Sequence record: SRR9188677_124
Reading direction: 5' to 3' (one strand)
DNA length: 64,000 nt
Shown here: in pieces, positions 1-9,741 of the stretch
Layout: every line of letters starts with the position of its first letter
Numbering within the stretch: position 1 is the stretch's first letter
The notes under the pieces: generated by a model
Database searches by the model: none
Told to the model about the DNA's origin: nothing
Seen by the model: only the letters and a program-made list of their open reading frames with translations
Made by a program: the position numbers and the translations under genes

Positions 1-36
1 AAGAAGGATCAAGTCATAAACTTGTGGAGCGCATAG
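1..36 (+). CDS. possible 3' end of an upstream gene (KKDQVINLWSA*)
   Basis: Frame 1 is open from the window edge to TAG at 34-36. Too short to identify. Confidence 0.3.
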   Translation, partial: KKDQVINLWSA

Positions 37-240
37 GATTTTTTTAGGTTTGTGTTTTCAAGGAACACCACAACAATGCAACTTACCAACTGCCTTTTGG
101 TACCAGTAACATTCCTATTTCGACACCTCACCAAACAGCCCCGTAACTTGTCTTTTTTCTTGGCCAAAGCGATTCTACCCCAATTCCAAGAACTTTCTTT
201 CCTATTTTTGTTCAAATAACCTGCGGTCACTCCAAGCTTT

Positions 241-2115
241 ATGATCAAAAGACAAATACTTTCAGTTCTTTTTTTATTTCCTTTTTTTGTTTTAGCACAA
301 AATACTGTAACGCCAGATACTGCGTGGATTCGAGGTAACTACCAGAAAACCGAAACGTACATCACGATGAGGGATGGGATTAAGCTTTTTACTTCCATTT
401 ATACTCCAAAAGATACCACTGTTTCCTATCCGATTTTGATGCAGCGTACACCCTATTCAGTTGCTCCTTATGGACCTGATAAGTATCGCATGCGCTTGGG
501 GCCCAACGCCGGTTTGATGCGTGATAAGTACATATTTGTGTATCAGGATGCACGTGGACGCTATAAAAGTGAAGGTAATTTCCGTGAAATGACACCTGCG
601 ATTCCCAACAAGAAAAGCAATAAGGATGTTGACGAATCGAGCGATACATTCGATACAATTGAATGGCTTTTGAAAAATACCAACAATAATGGCAAAGTGG
701 GGCAATGGGGAATTTCCTTTCCTGGCTATTATTCTTCGGCTTCGTTGCCAGATGCACATCCGGCATTGAAAGCGGTTTCACCTCAAGCGCCCATGTCCGA
801 TGAGTTCATCGGCGACGATTGCTACCACAACGGTGCATTTTTTCTGATGGACAATTTTGGATTTTACAGCGGGTTCGATGGGCCGAAAAGTGGCAATGGT
901 GAGAATTACGAAAGATTTTTTAATGCGAATTATAGCGACGCGTACCAATTTTTCCTGGATTTTGGTCCGTTAAAGAAAGCAAATGCTGCACCGTATTTTT
1001 CGGATCCAAAAAGTGTGTGGAGACAAGTTGTGGCTCACCCTGTATACGATGCCTTTTGGAAATCCAGAAACATTAAGCAGCATTTGAAAAATGTGAAACC
1101 TGCTGTATTGGTTGTTGGTGGCTGGTTTGATGCGGAGGATCTTTATGGTGCCTTGAAGACGTATGCTGCAATTGAAAAACAATCTCCTACGAATAACACA
1201 CGATTGGTAATGGGTCCCTGGACGCACGGTGGCTGGGCCGGAGCTTCATGGAAATCTTTTGCAAACTATCAGTTTGGGTCTGATTTGAACAAGTTCTACC
1301 AGGATGAAATCGAGACTAAATTTTTTAATTTTTACCTTAAAGACAAAGGTACTTTCGATCAACCAGAAGTGACTGTTTTTGAGACTGGTTCAAACGAATG
1401 GAAATACTACAAAACATGGCCTCCAAAGAACAGCGAACAGGTATCATTTTATTTGGCGGGCGACGGAAAGCTTTCGGAAAAGAAGCCTGAAATCGCTAAA
1501 AGTTCAACCGAATACGAAAGTGATCCTGCCAAGCCTGTACCTTACACCAACGTAATTAACGCGCGCCGGAATAATGAATACATGGCAGAAGATCAGCGTT
1601 TTGCTGCGCAACGTCCTGATGTTATTGTATTTCAAACCGATTCTCTTGCCAATGATTTGACATTGACTGGCGAAATTGCTGCTAATCTTTTCGTTTCAAT
1701 GACAGGAACAGATGCGGATTTTATTGTAAAAGTGATTGACGTTTGGCCTGCCGGTTCCAGCATTCCTGCTGCACAAGAGGGGCAACGGTCAGTGCAGATG
1801 GGCGGTTACCAGCAAATGGTGAGAGCAGAAGTGTTCCGCGGGAAGTTCAGAAATAGCTTCACAATTCCTGAGCCATTTGTCAAAGACAAAGTTGAAAAGG
1901 TATCGTTTAAGTTGAACGAAGTTGCTCACACTTTTAAGAAGGGCCACAAAGTGATGGTTCAGATTCAAAGCACCTGGTTTCCGCTGGTGGACCGTAATCC
2001 TCAGAAATTCGTGAACATATTTGAAGCTAGTGAACAGGATTTCCAAAAGTCGAGAATTACAATTCATCACGACGAAAAAAATAGTAGTAATGTGGTTTTC
2101 CCGGTTTTAAAATAA
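241..2115 (+). CDS. CocE/NonD family serine hydrolase (glutaryl-7-ACA acylase / X-Pro dipeptidyl peptidase-like), secreted
   Basis: Signal peptide; MRDGIKL, RTPY and QDARGRYKSEG motifs; nucleophile elbow WGISFPG; GGWFDAED and GPWTHG; C-terminal WFPLVDRNPQ. Confidence 0.92.
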   Translation: MIKRQILSVLFLFPFFVLAQNTVTPDTAWIRGNYQKTETYITMRDGIKLFTSIYTPKDTTVSYPILMQRTPYSVAPYGPDKYRMRLGPNAGLMRDKYIFVYQDARGRYKSEGNFREMTPAIPNKKSNKDVDESSDTFDTIEWLLKNTNNNGKVGQWGISFPGYYSSASLPDAHPALKAVSPQAPMSDEFIGDDCYHNGAFFLMDNFGFYSGFDGPKSGNGENYERFFNANYSDAYQFFLDFGPLKKANAAPYFSDPKSVWRQVVAHPVYDAFWKSRNIKQHLKNVKPAVLVVGGWFDAEDLYGALKTYAAIEKQSPTNNTRLVMGPWTHGGWAGASWKSFANYQFGSDLNKFYQDEIETKFFNFYLKDKGTFDQPEVTVFETGSNEWKYYKTWPPKNSEQVSFYLAGDGKLSEKKPEIAKSSTEYESDPAKPVPYTNVINARRNNEYMAEDQRFAAQRPDVIVFQTDSLANDLTLTGEIAANLFVSMTGTDADFIVKVIDVWPAGSSIPAAQEGQRSVQMGGYQQMVRAEVFRGKFRNSFTIPEPFVKDKVEKVSFKLNEVAHTFKKGHKVMVQIQSTWFPLVDRNPQKFVNIFEASEQDFQKSRITIHHDEKNSSNVVFPVLK

Positions 2116-2131
2116 GATTTAATAAGAACTA

Positions 2132-2893
2132 ATGAAAAACCTGATACTGCTTTTTTTAGCCTTGTGGCTGTTATCCACCGATATTTCTGCGCAAACGTCG
2201 AAACCAGCTTTCAAAGTTTTGGCAATTTCTGAAAGTGGCGGTCATCATATTGAGTATTCCAAAGCAGCGAAAATCTGGCTGAACAATCTGGCGGCTGAAA
2301 ATAATTTCAGTATTGATTACATTGAAAATACCGATAAAATAAACGATGCATATTTGGCTCAATATCAATTATTTATTCAACTTGATTTTGTGCCTTATGC
2401 CTGGAAACCAGACGCAATCGCTGCTTTTGAAAAATATATTAACGAAGGAAAGGGCGGATGGATTGGGTTTCACCATGCTACTTTGCTGGGCGAATTCGAC
2501 GGGTATAAGATCTGGCCATGGTTTTCTGACTTCATGGGAGGGATTCGCTACAAGAATTACATTGGAGACTTCGCAGCCGCTAAGGTGAAAGTAGAGGACA
2601 ACAAACATCCGGTAATGAAGGGCGTTCCTGCTTCGTTTTTCATCAAAAAAGAAGAATGGTACATCTACGACAAAAGCCCGCGACCAAATGTCGATGTCAT
2701 CGCGAGTGTAGACGAATCAACCTATTCGCCGGATTCAAAAATAAAAATGGGCGATCATCCGGTGATCTGGTCAAATAAAAAGGTGAAGGCTAAAAACGTT
2801 TACATTTTTATGGGACATTCGCCGGTTCTTTTTGAAAATGAAGATTACAAGACCATTTTTAGAAATGCAATTTTTTGGGCCGCGAAGAAATAG
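2132..2893 (+). CDS. ThuA-like domain protein, secreted
   Basis: Signal peptide; YINEGKGGWIGFHHA, EEWY, GDHPVIW and YIFMGH motifs typical of ThuA domains. Confidence 0.85.
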   Translation: MKNLILLFLALWLLSTDISAQTSKPAFKVLAISESGGHHIEYSKAAKIWLNNLAAENNFSIDYIENTDKINDAYLAQYQLFIQLDFVPYAWKPDAIAAFEKYINEGKGGWIGFHHATLLGEFDGYKIWPWFSDFMGGIRYKNYIGDFAAAKVKVEDNKHPVMKGVPASFFIKKEEWYIYDKSPRPNVDVIASVDESTYSPDSKIKMGDHPVIWSNKKVKAKNVYIFMGHSPVLFENEDYKTIFRNAIFWAAKK

Positions 2894-2895
2894 AT

Positions 2896-4293
2896 TTATT
2901 TCAGGCCTTTTCGTTTTTTATATTCCAGATATCGGTCATTGTATTCTTTCAACTCTTCCTGCTTAAAACTTTTCTGATAGCGTTCTGGTAGGTCAAGGCG
3001 CTCTTTCATTTGCAACGAATTTGACAGTTCGACCAATGTATTCTGGCCTTTTTTATCCTTGTCCAGGTCAAACGAATCATATACATCACCATTCACGGTA
3101 TAGGCTTTAAACGCCAGTTTATTCTGATCAACAGTGATGATCTGGTACAATTGTGTATTGGAACCTGCACGATCCATCCAGTTTTGCAACCCAATGTCAT
3201 ACATCTTCGGCCCGCTCACTGATACAACATAAACTGGTCCGTCTGGTTTTTTTCTGCTTTGACCTAGTGGCATATTGATCCCGCGTCCATACGTGTGATC
3301 GTGCCCTTGCAACACGATGTCCACATTGTATTTTTTGTAAAGCGGCTCCATTTTTATCCGCCATTCATCATTATCTCTGCCGTTTTTAGTGGAGAAGATT
3401 GGATGATGGTGAATAACAATCGTCCAGCGATTGGGATTGTCTTTGACTGTTTTTTCAAACCATAATGCTTGTTTGCCTAAGATTGAAGAATCTAAAATTG
3501 CCGCCTGAGAATTTAAAGCGATAAAACGAACGCCCTGATAATCGATAAAATAGGCCGTTTCTTCCAAACCGTCCGGTCCGTTTTCAGGCAAGGCAAATTG
3601 AGGTCGCCAGTGCATGGAGACATTTGGCTTGTCATTTTTATCCCGATAATATTCATGGTTGCCGGGAGTAGACAGACTGGGAACCATGCCATTAACCCAA
3701 CCACCGGCTTCGAACCATTCTGCCCATTCATAATCATTATTGGAACGATTGATTAGATCACCCGCATGGATCATTAGGTTAGCCTTAGGTAAAGTCGAAT
3801 AAGCGCCCCTGATTGTTCTGGACCACAACGATCGGATATCATTTTGGGCATCTCCGAAATACATAAAGGATACTGGTTCAGGCTGATCATAAGCCGTTGT
3901 AAAATGAAACCACTCACTCCACTGCTTTCCGTTTCCAACGCGATAGACATATTGAGTTGACGGTTTGAGTTCAGTAAAATTCGCTTCGTGATATAGTACG
4001 GTCTTACCATCAAGAACCGTTGGCTGGCTTAAAGCCTTAACGATTCTAGCTTTTGCCTGAAAATCGGGAGAGGGATCTGCTTCATGGATCGCAGCAATTG
4101 CATTTGTAACGGTAGAATCCGTCCGCCAGTTGACCGCTTGTGAAATTGCCGGATTTCCTTTGAATCCAAGTATGACGCGATCAGGGAATTTGGACGCCGG
4201 GTAAGTTTTATTTTCCTGTGCTAAAGAACTGAGCGATAGGATTAAAAGACAAAATATAAGGGAACTCTTGGTATGGCTGGTAATGTATTTCAT
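2896..4293 (-). CDS. purple acid phosphatase-like metallophosphoesterase with N-terminal FN3-like domain
   Basis: Signal peptide; metal motifs FGDAQ, HAGDL, PGNHE, HHP and GHDH. Confidence 0.9.
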   Translation of the reverse strand: MKYITSHTKSSLIFCLLILSLSSLAQENKTYPASKFPDRVILGFKGNPAISQAVNWRTDSTVTNAIAAIHEADPSPDFQAKARIVKALSQPTVLDGKTVLYHEANFTELKPSTQYVYRVGNGKQWSEWFHFTTAYDQPEPVSFMYFGDAQNDIRSLWSRTIRGAYSTLPKANLMIHAGDLINRSNNDYEWAEWFEAGGWVNGMVPSLSTPGNHEYYRDKNDKPNVSMHWRPQFALPENGPDGLEETAYFIDYQGVRFIALNSQAAILDSSILGKQALWFEKTVKDNPNRWTIVIHHHPIFSTKNGRDNDEWRIKMEPLYKKYNVDIVLQGHDHTYGRGINMPLGQSRKKPDGPVYVVSVSGPKMYDIGLQNWMDRAGSNTQLYQIITVDQNKLAFKAYTVNGDVYDSFDLDKDKKGQNTLVELSNSLQMKERLDLPERYQKSFKQEELKEYNDRYLEYKKRKGLK

Positions 4294-4409
4294 AAGTCAG
4301 GTTGTAATTCTTTGTTAAGATTACCTGATTTTATGGAAATGGGACTAGTGGAGTGGGTTAAGGAATTGTTAAGCGTTTAACAACATAACGAATATGTTCT
4401 TTATACTGC

Positions 4410-4580
4410 TTACTTACTCAGTGAAATCGAGTTATTCTTTTTAGGTCTCAATAACGACCGTTTTCTTCCAGTTGCTTTATAATAAGCAATAATTTCGCTT
4501 ATCTTTTTCTTGTCTTCATTGGTTAAAGGAGTAGGGTCAACAATAAAGTCAACTCCAGACGGTTCTTTCACGTATCCCAT
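4410..4580 (-). CDS. small 56-aa protein missing from the ORF track (MGYVKEPSGVDFIVDPTPLTNEDKKKISEIIAYYKATGRKRSLLRPKKNNSISLSK); possible antitoxin
   Basis: Translated by hand: ATG at 4580, TAA at 4412-4410. It starts 13 nt after the stop of the upstream GNAT-like gene. Confidence 0.7.
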   Translation of the reverse strand: MGYVKEPSGVDFIVDPTPLTNEDKKKISEIIAYYKATGRKRSLLRPKKNNSISLSK

Positions 4581-4593
4581 TGTTAGAAAATCG

Positions 4594-5118
4594 TTAAGGG
4601 TAATATTTTCTGATTAATTTAAGAGCTTCATGAGGGAAGATTATCATTTTGTGTCCGCCAACATGAGTTGCTCCCAGCGTTTTTTCGTAGTGTGAAATTA
4701 GCTGTGTTTTCGATGTAAATGAAACAAAACCTTGATTGCCGGCGTTCCATGATGTCTTGCATGTGAACGCAAAGAGATTACCTGGTACACCTTCATAAAG
4801 CTTGTTTTTCCCAAGGTTGAAAGGAGCGCTTTCAATGAGATGTAAATAATAGTGATCATCCAAATCACTAATACTTACTAATCCTTGAATAATCTCAGAA
4901 TTGTTTGTTATAGTCAATTTGAAGACTTGCCTGTCAACTAACTTAAATTCTGCGGCCCAATTGAAAAGCCAGCCTTTTCGCTTGCTCACATTTTTTAAAT
5001 CCTCCTTGCTAACCGGTTGTACATCAGTTGAAAAACTGTCACCCGAAATTGTATTGACAATGCTATTTGTCAGCTTATCGATTTCAATTTCTAAAAAATA
5101 TTTGTTTTGTTTCAGCAC
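4594..5118 (-). CDS. GNAT-fold-like hypothetical protein (possible toxin)
   Basis: Probable GTG start at 5118, just after a TATCTTTG box (the ORF track runs to 5199). C-terminal half reads YLHLIESAP...YEGVPGNLF...LISHYEKTLGA, resembling GNAT motifs A and B. Confidence 0.65.
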   Translation of the reverse strand: MLKQNKYFLEIEIDKLTNSIVNTISGDSFSTDVQPVSKEDLKNVSKRKGWLFNWAAEFKLVDRQVFKLTITNNSEIIQGLVSISDLDDHYYLHLIESAPFNLGKNKLYEGVPGNLFAFTCKTSWNAGNQGFVSFTSKTQLISHYEKTLGATHVGGHKMIIFPHEALKLIRKYYP

Positions 5119-5121
5119 ATC

Positions 5122-5129
5122 CAAAGATA
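5122..5129 (-). promoter_or_regulatory. Bacteroidota -7 promoter element (TATCTTTG) for the GNAT-like gene
   Basis: Exact TAnnTTTG match on the minus strand, 3 nt upstream of the GTG. Confidence 0.55.
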
Positions 5130-5250
5130 ATAAAAGGAGTGCGTGCGTGTGACAAATAGTAGCGATTTGTTTTCCATCGTTCGATAAATTGACCGTCATA
5201 ATCCGCTTTTATGTTCGGGTTATATTCACATTATCCGATCCCAAAACCCG

Positions 5251-5258
5251 TATCTTTG
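5251..5258 (+). promoter_or_regulatory. Bacteroidota -7 promoter element (TATCTTTG) for the radical SAM gene
   Basis: Exact TAnnTTTG match 23 nt upstream of the probable TTG start at 5282. Confidence 0.6.
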
Positions 5259-5281
5259 CACCAGGAAAACCAGGAATACAG

Positions 5282-7480
5282 TTGAAAAAGAAAACATTAT
5301 TCATTACGCCGCCATTTACACAGCTTAATACACCTTATCCTGCAACGGCTTATCTTAAAGGGTTTTTGAATACTTTGGGAAGAGAATCGTATCAGGCTGA
5401 CTTGGGTATTGATGTGATTTTGGCATTGTTTTCTTCGAAAGGTTTAACAAAAATGTTTGAAGAGCTGGACGAATCAGATGCCGAGCTGACTGAGAATAGT
5501 TTTCGCATATATTCTTTAAAGGACGATTACATTTCCACGATTGATCCTGTTATCCGTTTCCTGAAAAACAACAATCCGACGCTCGCCCACAGCATTTGCG
5601 ATCGAAGTTATCTTCCTGAGGCGGGTCGGTTTCAACAGTTGGAAGATATGGATTGGGCGTTTGGAACCATGGGTATTCATGACAAAGCGCGACATCTGGC
5701 GACCTTATATCTGGAAGATCTGGGAGATTTAATCCAGGAAGCAATAGACCCGCATTTTGGATTTAGTCGGTATGCAGAAAGACTCGGAAGATCTGCAACC
5801 CATTTCGATGAGATGGAGCAGACACTGGAAGCGCCAGATACGCTTTTGTCCAAGACTCTGACAACTATTCTCGAACAGAAAATACAGAAGTATCAGCCGG
5901 ACATTGTCTGCATTTCAGTTCCATTTCCGGGAAACCTGTACGGTGGGTTTAAGTGTGGTCAATATTTGAAAAAGCACTATCCGAACATAAAAATCGTGAT
6001 GGGTGGCGGTTTTGCCAATACCGAACTTCGTTCTCTTAAAGAACCGCGTGTTTTTAATTACATCGATTTCGTTTGTCTGGACGACGGAGAGGCTCCTCTT
6101 TTGTCGCTATTGGAATATCTCGACGGCGAACGTGAAATTTCTCAATTGAAGCGGGTTTATTCACGTGTTCATAATGAAGTGATTTACCATAATGGGGCCA
6201 AGGAGAAGGATGTTCCGCAGCGCGATACCGGAACTCCGGATTACAGTGATCTTCCGCTTCACGATTATTTGTCGGTTATTGAGATTGTCAATCCAATGCA
6301 CCGACTGTGGAGTGACGGGCGTTGGAATAAGCTTACACTCGCACACGGATGTTATTGGGGGAAGTGCTCGTTTTGCGACATTTCTCTGGATTACATCAGG
6401 CGTTACGAACCTATGACAGCTGCGTTGCTATGTGATAGAATAGAAGAAATTATTGAACAAACGCAGCAAAACGGATTTCACTTTGTAGATGAAGCTGCAC
6501 CACCGGCGTTATTAAGAGACCTAGCCCTTGAAATTATCAGGCGGAAGTTAACGGTAGTATGGTGGACAAATATTCGATTCGAAAAAAACTTCACCCATGA
6601 CCTTTGTTTGTTGCTAAAGGCTTCCGGCTGTATTGCCATTTCGGGTGGATTGGAAGTTGCTTCTGACCGGCTTTTAGAACGTATGAAAAAGGGTGTAACC
6701 GTTGCGCAAGTTGCTCGTGTGGCAGATGCGTTCACACAAGCCGGCATTATGGTGCATGCTTATCTGATGTACGGATTCCCGACTCAGACAGCGCAGGAAA
6801 CCATTGATGCGCTGGAAATGGTAAGGCAGCTTTTTGAGCAGGGAATTGTTCAGTCAGGGTTTTGGCATCGCTTTGCCATGACGGCTCACAGTCCGGTGGG
6901 CTTGCATCCGGAAGAGTTCGACGTAATGCGTATTGGTCCCGATACTGGTAAATTCGCCAACAATGACCTTGAACACCAGGACCCATTAGGAGCAGACCAT
7001 GATCTTTATGCGGAAGGATTAAGAAAATCGCTCTTCAACTACATGCACGGTGTCTGCCTGGATTTTCCTCTTTCCAGATGGTTTGATTTTAAAGTGCCCA
7101 AAACTTCGGTCTCTCCAAATTACATTGAAAGAAGTATACGGGAGTTGCCCGACTTGACTAACAGGCCAAATGCAATAGTGATCTGGTTGGGAAGTCTGCC
7201 CGAAATGGCGGTTTTTGAAGAGAATCGAGATAAGCACATTATTGAAGTTGCAGAGCTGGTATTCTTCAACAAAAAGAAAGAATGGGCAGTAGAAGCCGAC
7301 GTGAGAACGGCGGAGTGGCTGGTTGAAATTATGCCAAAACTATTAGTAAGTAATCCTGAACCGTTCGCATTGGAAGAGCTTAGAAGGAATTATTTAGATG
7401 CTCGGCTAGATTCGTTCGAAACCTTGGTAAGTTCAAAAGCATGGCAGGAGCTAAAAAAAGGCGGCTTGTTAATTGTTTAA
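5282..7480 (+). CDS. B12-binding domain radical SAM protein
   Basis: CYWGKCSFC (CxxxCxxC), N-terminal TPPFTQLNTPYPATAYL, MGGG, FVDEA and GLE motifs. Probable start is TTG 5282 (the ORF track starts at 5189). Confidence 0.9.
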   Translation: MKKKTLFITPPFTQLNTPYPATAYLKGFLNTLGRESYQADLGIDVILALFSSKGLTKMFEELDESDAELTENSFRIYSLKDDYISTIDPVIRFLKNNNPTLAHSICDRSYLPEAGRFQQLEDMDWAFGTMGIHDKARHLATLYLEDLGDLIQEAIDPHFGFSRYAERLGRSATHFDEMEQTLEAPDTLLSKTLTTILEQKIQKYQPDIVCISVPFPGNLYGGFKCGQYLKKHYPNIKIVMGGGFANTELRSLKEPRVFNYIDFVCLDDGEAPLLSLLEYLDGEREISQLKRVYSRVHNEVIYHNGAKEKDVPQRDTGTPDYSDLPLHDYLSVIEIVNPMHRLWSDGRWNKLTLAHGCYWGKCSFCDISLDYIRRYEPMTAALLCDRIEEIIEQTQQNGFHFVDEAAPPALLRDLALEIIRRKLTVVWWTNIRFEKNFTHDLCLLLKASGCIAISGGLEVASDRLLERMKKGVTVAQVARVADAFTQAGIMVHAYLMYGFPTQTAQETIDALEMVRQLFEQGIVQSGFWHRFAMTAHSPVGLHPEEFDVMRIGPDTGKFANNDLEHQDPLGADHDLYAEGLRKSLFNYMHGVCLDFPLSRWFDFKVPKTSVSPNYIERSIRELPDLTNRPNAIVIWLGSLPEMAVFEENRDKHIIEVAELVFFNKKKEWAVEADVRTAEWLVEIMPKLLVSNPEPFALEELRRNYLDARLDSFETLVSSKAWQELKKGGLLIV

Positions 7481-7485
7481 AGCTT

Positions 7486-7544
7486 AACCACCCTTTGTGT
7501 AAACCCTAGGTCATCTTAGGTGTCCTTCGGTTCCTTAGGTGGTT
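7486..7544. repeat. REP-like short intergenic element
   Basis: Terminal inverted repeat AACCACC/GGTGGTT encloses four CT(T)(A/C)GG units spaced 9-10 bp apart, between convergent genes. Confidence 0.45.
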
Positions 7545-7553
7545 CAAATTCAG

Positions 7554-8663
7554 TCAATATTTCAACACTTCAAAAACCTCCAACTCATCATCAAAAGTGG
7601 TAAAAACAGCCGGGTAGCCTGGTTCGATTCGTCCGATCTGATCTTCCAATCCCAAAGCTTTTGCAGGCCTGATGGTAGCCATCTCTACCGCCTCCTGCAA
7701 AGGAATTCCAACAATGTTTACCGCATTTCTAACCGCATCTCCCAGCGAAATGGTAGCTCCGGCCAGGTTACCGTCTGAATTGGTATACCGTCCATCTTTC
7801 AGATAGGCATCGAACTCACCCCATTTAAATTCAGTAACTTTTTCACCCAAAAACAAAGCATCCGAGATCAGAAACAGTTTGTCTTTTTTGACTTTGTAAG
7901 CAACGCTGGCGGCTGCGAAATCGCAATGAATGCCATCTATAATAATTGGCGCATAAACCGACGGACTGTCAAATGTAGCTCCGACAAGTCCTGGCTGCCT
8001 ATGTCCAAATGCGGACATGGCGTTGTATAAATGCGTAACCAGATTAATTCCCTGACTGAAAGCACTGGTCGCTTCTTCATAAGTGGCATTAGAATGACCA
8101 GCGGAAACAGTGATTCCCGAAGCCAGAAGCATCTCAATCTGATCTGTTGTGAACATTTCAGGTGCAATGGTGATTAACTTAATAATGCCTTTACCATGGC
8201 TGATTATTTCCTGTAGATCGGCGTCTGTCGGTTTTCGTACATATGCAGTAAGATGGGCTCCTCTTTTTATTGGATTCAAAAAAGGGCCTTCCAAATGCAT
8301 TCCCAACACGCCCGAGCCTGGATTCTTTTCATTGTAGCTTCTTATCGCTTCAATTCCTTTCAGGATATTTTCTTGTGGAGAAGTGATCAGTGTGGGCAAA
8401 ACGTATGCAGCTCCTGTATTGAAACTTGACTGATAAATGTCGTCAATCGTTTCTTCGTCGGCTTTTTGCGTAAAGTAAAATTTCTCGCCACCATTGATAT
8501 GACTATCGAAAAATCCGGGTGCAAGATTGTTTACAGTTTTGTTACCCGCGATGGAAGTACCAGGCCCTATCTGAAGTATTTTGCCAGCTTCAATAGTAAT
8601 AAGCTGATTTACTAATACACCATTTCCTGTGTAAACTTTTCTTGCAAACAATTGCTCCTGCAT
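7554..8663 (-). CDS. nagA: N-acetylglucosamine-6-phosphate deacetylase
   Basis: PGFFDSHING, HLEGPFL, KRGAH, TIAPE, GHSNA, THLYNAM, DGIH and LISDA motifs. Confidence 0.95.
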   Translation of the reverse strand: MQEQLFARKVYTGNGVLVNQLITIEAGKILQIGPGTSIAGNKTVNNLAPGFFDSHINGGEKFYFTQKADEETIDDIYQSSFNTGAAYVLPTLITSPQENILKGIEAIRSYNEKNPGSGVLGMHLEGPFLNPIKRGAHLTAYVRKPTDADLQEIISHGKGIIKLITIAPEMFTTDQIEMLLASGITVSAGHSNATYEEATSAFSQGINLVTHLYNAMSAFGHRQPGLVGATFDSPSVYAPIIIDGIHCDFAAASVAYKVKKDKLFLISDALFLGEKVTEFKWGEFDAYLKDGRYTNSDGNLAGATISLGDAVRNAVNIVGIPLQEAVEMATIRPAKALGLEDQIGRIEPGYPAVFTTFDDELEVFEVLKY

Positions 8664-8707
8664 AATCGAGTCGAAATCTTATTTAAAATGCACTAATGGT
8701 TTAATAT

Positions 8708-9271
8708 TTATTTGATAATGATGTCAAATTTGGTCAACAGCCCGGCCAAATCAGAAGACAAAAATTTCGCTTTTCTGATGTTATTAATCGTCGGATCTAT
8801 CGTGAAATTCTTGCTGGTTGTAAAATCAACGCCTGCAAGATTGGAGTAAACGAAAACGGCATCCCAGAAGTCACAATTGTGAAATTTACATTTCGACAAA
8901 TCCGCCTGCGAAAAGTCGGCTCCGTGGATTTTACTATTGGAGAAAATACTCTTGTTCAGCTTCTTGTTCTCGAAAATAATGTAGTCGAGTATGCAATTTT
9001 CAAACTTAACAAGAAAACCGAAATCCTTACTTTCCGAAAAGTTGACGCCCGTTAATTTGCAGTTTCGAAACTCTACGTCATTCAGTTTGCAGTTACTCAC
9101 CAATGCGTTACTCAGATTGCAATCCGTGAAAATGCAGTCAGTGAACTCAACTCCTGATAGATCAGAAAAAGAGCAGTTGATAAATTCAAACTGCTCAAAT
9201 TCTTCTCTTGGTAATCTTTGCCCACTAAAATCAACGCTTTTTAATAATTCCGGATTTCTTTTACTAAACAT
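8708..9271 (-). CDS. pentapeptide repeat protein
   Basis: Tandem five-residue repeats (FINCS, FTDCI, FTDCN, LSNAL, FRNCK, ADFSQ, ADLSK). Confidence 0.9.
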   Translation of the reverse strand: MFSKRNPELLKSVDFSGQRLPREEFEQFEFINCSFSDLSGVEFTDCIFTDCNLSNALVSNCKLNDVEFRNCKLTGVNFSESKDFGFLVKFENCILDYIIFENKKLNKSIFSNSKIHGADFSQADLSKCKFHNCDFWDAVFVYSNLAGVDFTTSKNFTIDPTINNIRKAKFLSSDLAGLLTKFDIIIK

Positions 9272-9294
9272 CAGTCGCTAACGATTCTGGACGA

Positions 9295-9591
9295 TTATAT
9301 GTACTTTTTGATTACTGATTTCAACTGATCTGCCTGTACAACACCCGATTGTCTCCACATTGGTTTGCCGTGTTTAAAAACAATAAGCGTTGGCACGCCC
9401 TGAATTTTATAAGCCTGTGCAGCCGAAGGATTTTTATCCACATCTACTTTAATGATGGTAGCCGAGTCACCCAAGTCACTTTTGAGGTCGTCCAGAATAG
9501 GTTTCATCATTTTACAAGGTCCGCACCATTCCGCAGAAAAGTCTACAAGAACGGGTTTATTGCCATTTATGAGTTCTTTGAAAGTCGACAT
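9295..9591 (-). CDS. trxA: thioredoxin
   Basis: WCGPC active site, 98 aa, GVPT motif. Confidence 0.95.
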   Translation of the reverse strand: MSTFKELINGNKPVLVDFSAEWCGPCKMMKPILDDLKSDLGDSATIIKVDVDKNPSAAQAYKIQGVPTLIVFKHGKPMWRQSGVVQADQLKSVIKKYI

Positions 9592-9741
9592 AGTTTCGAA
9601 TTTTAGTGTTGAATATAAGCGGCACTTTACAAACTTTTATCAAAAGCTACCGCTTAAACTATAACCAACCTGCCATTGGTTTGGTTTAAAAAACCTCAAT
9701 TATTGTGCCGATCTCAGGTGGGACAAGGCCAGCAAAATTAC

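Noticed and set aside
709-726. GISFPG instead of GxSYxG in the CocE-like hydrolase
   Set aside because: The catalytic Ser and the RTPY Tyr are retained, so this is a conservative change.
8708-9271. Pentapeptide protein as a Qnr quinolone-resistance gene
   Set aside because: Generic chromosomal pentapeptide repeats with no Qnr-specific evidence or mobile context.
9616-9656. TAAGCGG/CCGCTTA inverted repeat upstream of trxA
   Set aside because: Short stem, long loop and no clear U-tail, so no function can be supported.
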